DNA of 61,597 nt from an uncultured Candidatus Saccharibacteria bacterium (GTDB lineage Bacteria; Patescibacteriota; Minisyncoccia; Phycocordibacterales; PALSA-1337). The position numbers and the translations under genes are program-made. Shown piece after piece: positions 59,156-61,597 of the stretch (positions within the stretch are counted from its first letter, which is position 1; the number at the start of each line of letters is the position of its first letter). The notes below the pieces were generated by a model. It searched no databases, was not told the origin of the DNA, and worked only from the letters and a program-made list of their open reading frames with translations. The stretch is taken from NCBI GenBank assembly GCA_964450345.1, contig CAYVEL010000002.1:1-61597 (forward strand). The letters run 5' to 3'.

Positions 59156-60952
59156 TTATTCCGACAACATATTAACTTCAAAAGCCTTCCAATTACTATC
59201 TAAATTAACAGAATTAGTGTATGTCTGATAACCACTTTTCTCAACGGTAATATTCCAGACACCAGAACTTAATCCCCCATAAGACACCTGACCAGCCGGT
59301 AAACAATCAGAAGTAAAAGTAACTGTTACATCACTCAAAATAGACGATATGGTTGAAGAAGCTGTGCTTAGAATAGTCTTATATCTAAAATATCTCTCAT
59401 TATCTATAGCAGAAGGTAGTTGATAATTAGCAGAATTGAAGTATGTTCCAGATGTTCCGTCTGGTCCTATAAAATTCCAAGTCGTGGTAGCAGGATCAGA
59501 GGAAACAGCTATCTGAAATTTAACACTTGAAGTTCCGGTTGCTGGATCATTTGATGAAGGCTGCCATAATATTTCACCATAATTACTGTCATTAGCACCA
59601 GTATCAAAAGTAGATGAAACTAACTCTCCGTTACCAACATAATTATTTAATACTTTTTGAAGTGATAACTGACCAGAGACGGAATTATCTAGATTACCAT
59701 CTGAATCAAAATATTTTGTCTGATCAGTATATAAATTCTGACCACCTCCACCATTCCATTCTGTTTGAGAAAGAAAACCCTTTTCTGTGTTTTTTACATG
59801 TGTTGTACCTCCATTTTCGATAGTTACCTTGGCATCTGTTATTGGAAGTCCTGTTGCACCATCTCTAACAGTTACAAGTAATCTATTAGGATTATGAGAA
59901 CCTAGAATCATGGAAACATTCTGTGATGTTCCTGGAGAAATATTTAATGGCAAAATTGGATTTAAACCAATTAAATCATACGTGCTTCCAGATAATTTAA
60001 TAGCATAATTATCCCATTCAACGTCATCTACTGTTATAAAACCAGAGCTATTTGTAGATAAATTTCTACTAGTCTTAAGCACTGTAGGATTAGTACCTAA
60101 TGTCTTAGACCCTTCTATATTAAAACCAATATTTGGGACAACATTACAAACACCGTCCACTGTTTTAAATTTAACAGTACTTAACTTATCAATAGAAAAA
60201 CTAATATTAGTAGCATTCTGAGCAGCTACAGTCGAATGTGGTTTTGTAGGATTTGGATTTGAAGTATCGGTTGTATATGTCCTATCTGTAGAATAATCAT
60301 CTTTACTGACAGTAATCTGATAAGCAGCTGCTCCTGGTGGAACATCTACTATTTGAAGAACTCCTGAATTATTTGTTTCATCATCTATTGTAATTGTAGA
60401 AGTAGCTACATTATTAACCACATGAACAGATGCTTGTGGTACAGGCTGACCATTCGCATCAAAAACCCTTATAAACAAAGCTCCGTTATTAGTAGAGTTC
60501 TCAAGATTTTTAGGAGCCATTCTGGCTGTATAAATAATAGGTAGAAAATTTTTACATTTTTCACAGTTAATCTCTACTTCTACTAATTTATTATCCGCCG
60601 GAGAAAGATCGTTTGTCGTACTACCGAATTCACCATCAGCTGGATCATCTATGTTTCTAACGCTTGTATTAACAGTAAAATCTACCCCTCCTCTATTTAT
60701 GATTTCTGTATGAGGAATTATTCCATTAGGAATACCTCCTTGAACACCGATGCTTGAATAGGGAAAATTTTTAATAACCTCAAATCTTTCAACCGCTAAA
60801 TCAGTAGCCATACCCTTAATCTTAAGAGTATTAGTAGCCTCTAGAATCTTTGCATAAGCACCATAAACTGAAATTGCAATAACACTAAAAACAGCAGCAC
60901 CTACTAGTGTTTCAACTAAAGTTAATCCTTGTTTATTAGTATTAAAAAACAT
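59156..60952 (-). CDS. large pseudopilin-like protein with carboxypeptidase-regulatory-like beta-sandwich repeats
   Basis: NKQG|LTLVETLVGAAVFSVIAISV prepilin-like N-terminus. Segments such as IRVFDANGQPVPQASVHVVN and VTVRDGATGLPITDAKVTI. 598 aa. Confidence 0.65.
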   Translation of the reverse strand: MFFNTNKQGLTLVETLVGAAVFSVIAISVYGAYAKILEATNTLKIKGMATDLAVERFEVIKNFPYSSIGVQGGIPNGIIPHTEIINRGGVDFTVNTSVRNIDDPADGEFGSTTNDLSPADNKLVEVEINCEKCKNFLPIIYTARMAPKNLENSTNNGALFIRVFDANGQPVPQASVHVVNNVATSTITIDDETNNSGVLQIVDVPPGAAAYQITVSKDDYSTDRTYTTDTSNPNPTKPHSTVAAQNATNISFSIDKLSTVKFKTVDGVCNVVPNIGFNIEGSKTLGTNPTVLKTSRNLSTNSSGFITVDDVEWDNYAIKLSGSTYDLIGLNPILPLNISPGTSQNVSMILGSHNPNRLLVTVRDGATGLPITDAKVTIENGGTTHVKNTEKGFLSQTEWNGGGGQNLYTDQTKYFDSDGNLDNSVSGQLSLQKVLNNYVGNGELVSSTFDTGANDSNYGEILWQPSSNDPATGTSSVKFQIAVSSDPATTTWNFIGPDGTSGTYFNSANYQLPSAIDNERYFRYKTILSTASSTISSILSDVTVTFTSDCLPAGQVSYGGLSSGVWNITVEKSGYQTYTNSVNLDSNWKAFEVNMLSE

Positions 60953-60992
60953 TTAAAAATCTTAAAAAACTAAACACCCTAACAAAACCAAA

Positions 60993-61597
60993 CTAAATCT
61001 TATCTGCCAAAGAATACATCGGCATAATCATCGATATTGCAAAAAATCCTACAGCTATACCTATGATAACCATAAGAAAAGGTTCTATAACTGAAGACAT
61101 ATCTTTAGTTTTTTGTTCTACTTCATCTTCATAATACTGAGCTACTCCTTTAAGCATATCTGCCACCTTTCCTGTCTCTTCACCCACGCTCATCATTTCT
61201 CCCACGAAAACTGGATAAAATTTCTCATTATCTAAAAACACTTTAGACATAGGTTCTCCTTTCTGAACCATCTCCTGGCCCTTTGCAACAATTTCTTTAT
61301 AGTAAGAATTCTGTAAAACTTCTTCAGTAATTTTTAATGAACCCACAACATCTACTCCAGCAGATAATAGAGAAGCTAGAGTTCTGCCAGTTCTTGCGGC
61401 ATTAACTTCTTTAACCATACCTCCTATCATTGGTATTTTAAGGACTGTTAGATCCCACAATCTTTTACCTTTCTTTGTCTTCATTCCAGAATAAATACCG
61501 CTAATTAAAATCACTATAACAACAATAAACAGAATATAATGGTGACGCATAAAATCAGAAGTCGCCATAATCATCTTCGTACTAGCAGGAAGAGAAA
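60993..61597 (-). CDS. pilC: type IV pilus assembly platform protein PilC/GspF (C-terminal part; gene continues beyond the window)
   Basis: T2SSF-domain pattern (GRTLASLLSAGVDVVGSL...EPFLMVIIGIAVGFFAISMIMPMYSL). The reading frame stays open upstream of M1 to the window edge. Confidence 0.8.
   Translation of the reverse strand, partial: SLPASTKMIMATSDFMRHHYILFIVVIVILISGIYSGMKTKKGKRLWDLTVLKIPMIGGMVKEVNAARTGRTLASLLSAGVDVVGSLKITEEVLQNSYYKEIVAKGQEMVQKGEPMSKVFLDNEKFYPVFVGEMMSVGEETGKVADMLKGVAQYYEDEVEQKTKDMSSVIEPFLMVIIGIAVGFFAISMIMPMYSLADKI

Noticed and set aside
1-61597. Alternative genetic code (UGA recoding, as in some CPR lineages).
   Set aside because: All conserved genes (r-proteins, EF-Tu/G, SecY, RecJ and others) are full length under the standard code. 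TGA is used as a terminal stop in several ORFs (18272, 20218, 20879).
1-61597. CRISPR arrays, rRNA or tRNA genes, transposases, integrases and phage structural genes.
   Set aside because: I found no regularly spaced direct repeats, no cloverleaf-compatible segments in the intergenic regions I inspected, and no ORF with recombinase or transposase motifs.

Overview
This is an AT-rich bacterial chromosome segment. Hand counts of single 60-nt lines give about 17-40% GC in most genes. The minus strand carries the str/S10/spc ribosomal-protein supercluster: rpsL-rpsG-fusA, tuf-rpsJ-rplCDWB, rpsS-rplV-rpsC-rplP-rpsQ-rplNXE, then rpsN-rpsH-rplFR-rpsE-rplO-secY-adk-map. Also present are infC-rpmI-rplT, tpiA-pgk and def/fmt/hpf. 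There is a lexA operon with a Gram-positive-type SOS box, an OmpR/His-kinase pair, a LemA/TPM pair and a PriA-like protein with degenerate helicase motifs. A 1199-aa secreted FN3/M64-like-peptidase protein is also encoded. A DNA-uptake and processing set is present: a pilC fragment, three pseudopilin-like genes, a pilin gene, recJ, rnhA and a split comEC. No rRNA, tRNA, CRISPR array, transposase or integrase was recognised. The standard code fits. The lack of rpmD between rpsE and rplO, the lack of rpmC between rplP and rpsQ, r-protein tails and the type IV pilus/ComEC content suggest a Candidate Phyla Radiation (Patescibacteria/Parcubacteria-like) organism; this is inference. The main second-look items are listed here. 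(1) A family of long two-tier hairpins shares an invariant 19-nt apical module (AGAGACTTACAATCGTCTC) but has different, fully compensated basal stems; copies sit after rplT, twice between secY and adk, and between rpsG and fusA. (2) Eight ORFs of about 50-58% GC with no family I recognise, each with its own GC-rich terminator, are scattered among the AT-rich genes; they include a two-gene unit whose larger product has a weak DHH/NrnA-like motif order. (3) The conserved rplE-rpsN junction is split by about 17 kb, and further insertions (an ABC exporter, a PG-binding protein) carry new promoters and terminators. (4) A structured RNA or leader of about 175 nt with strand-specific G-U pairs lies upstream of a VanZ-like gene. 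(5) There are domain and gene-architecture oddities: RNase HI with a C-terminal hybrid-binding domain, comEC fission around a sod gene, and an ATPase-dead PriA. All functional calls come from reading motifs by eye; no database search was possible.
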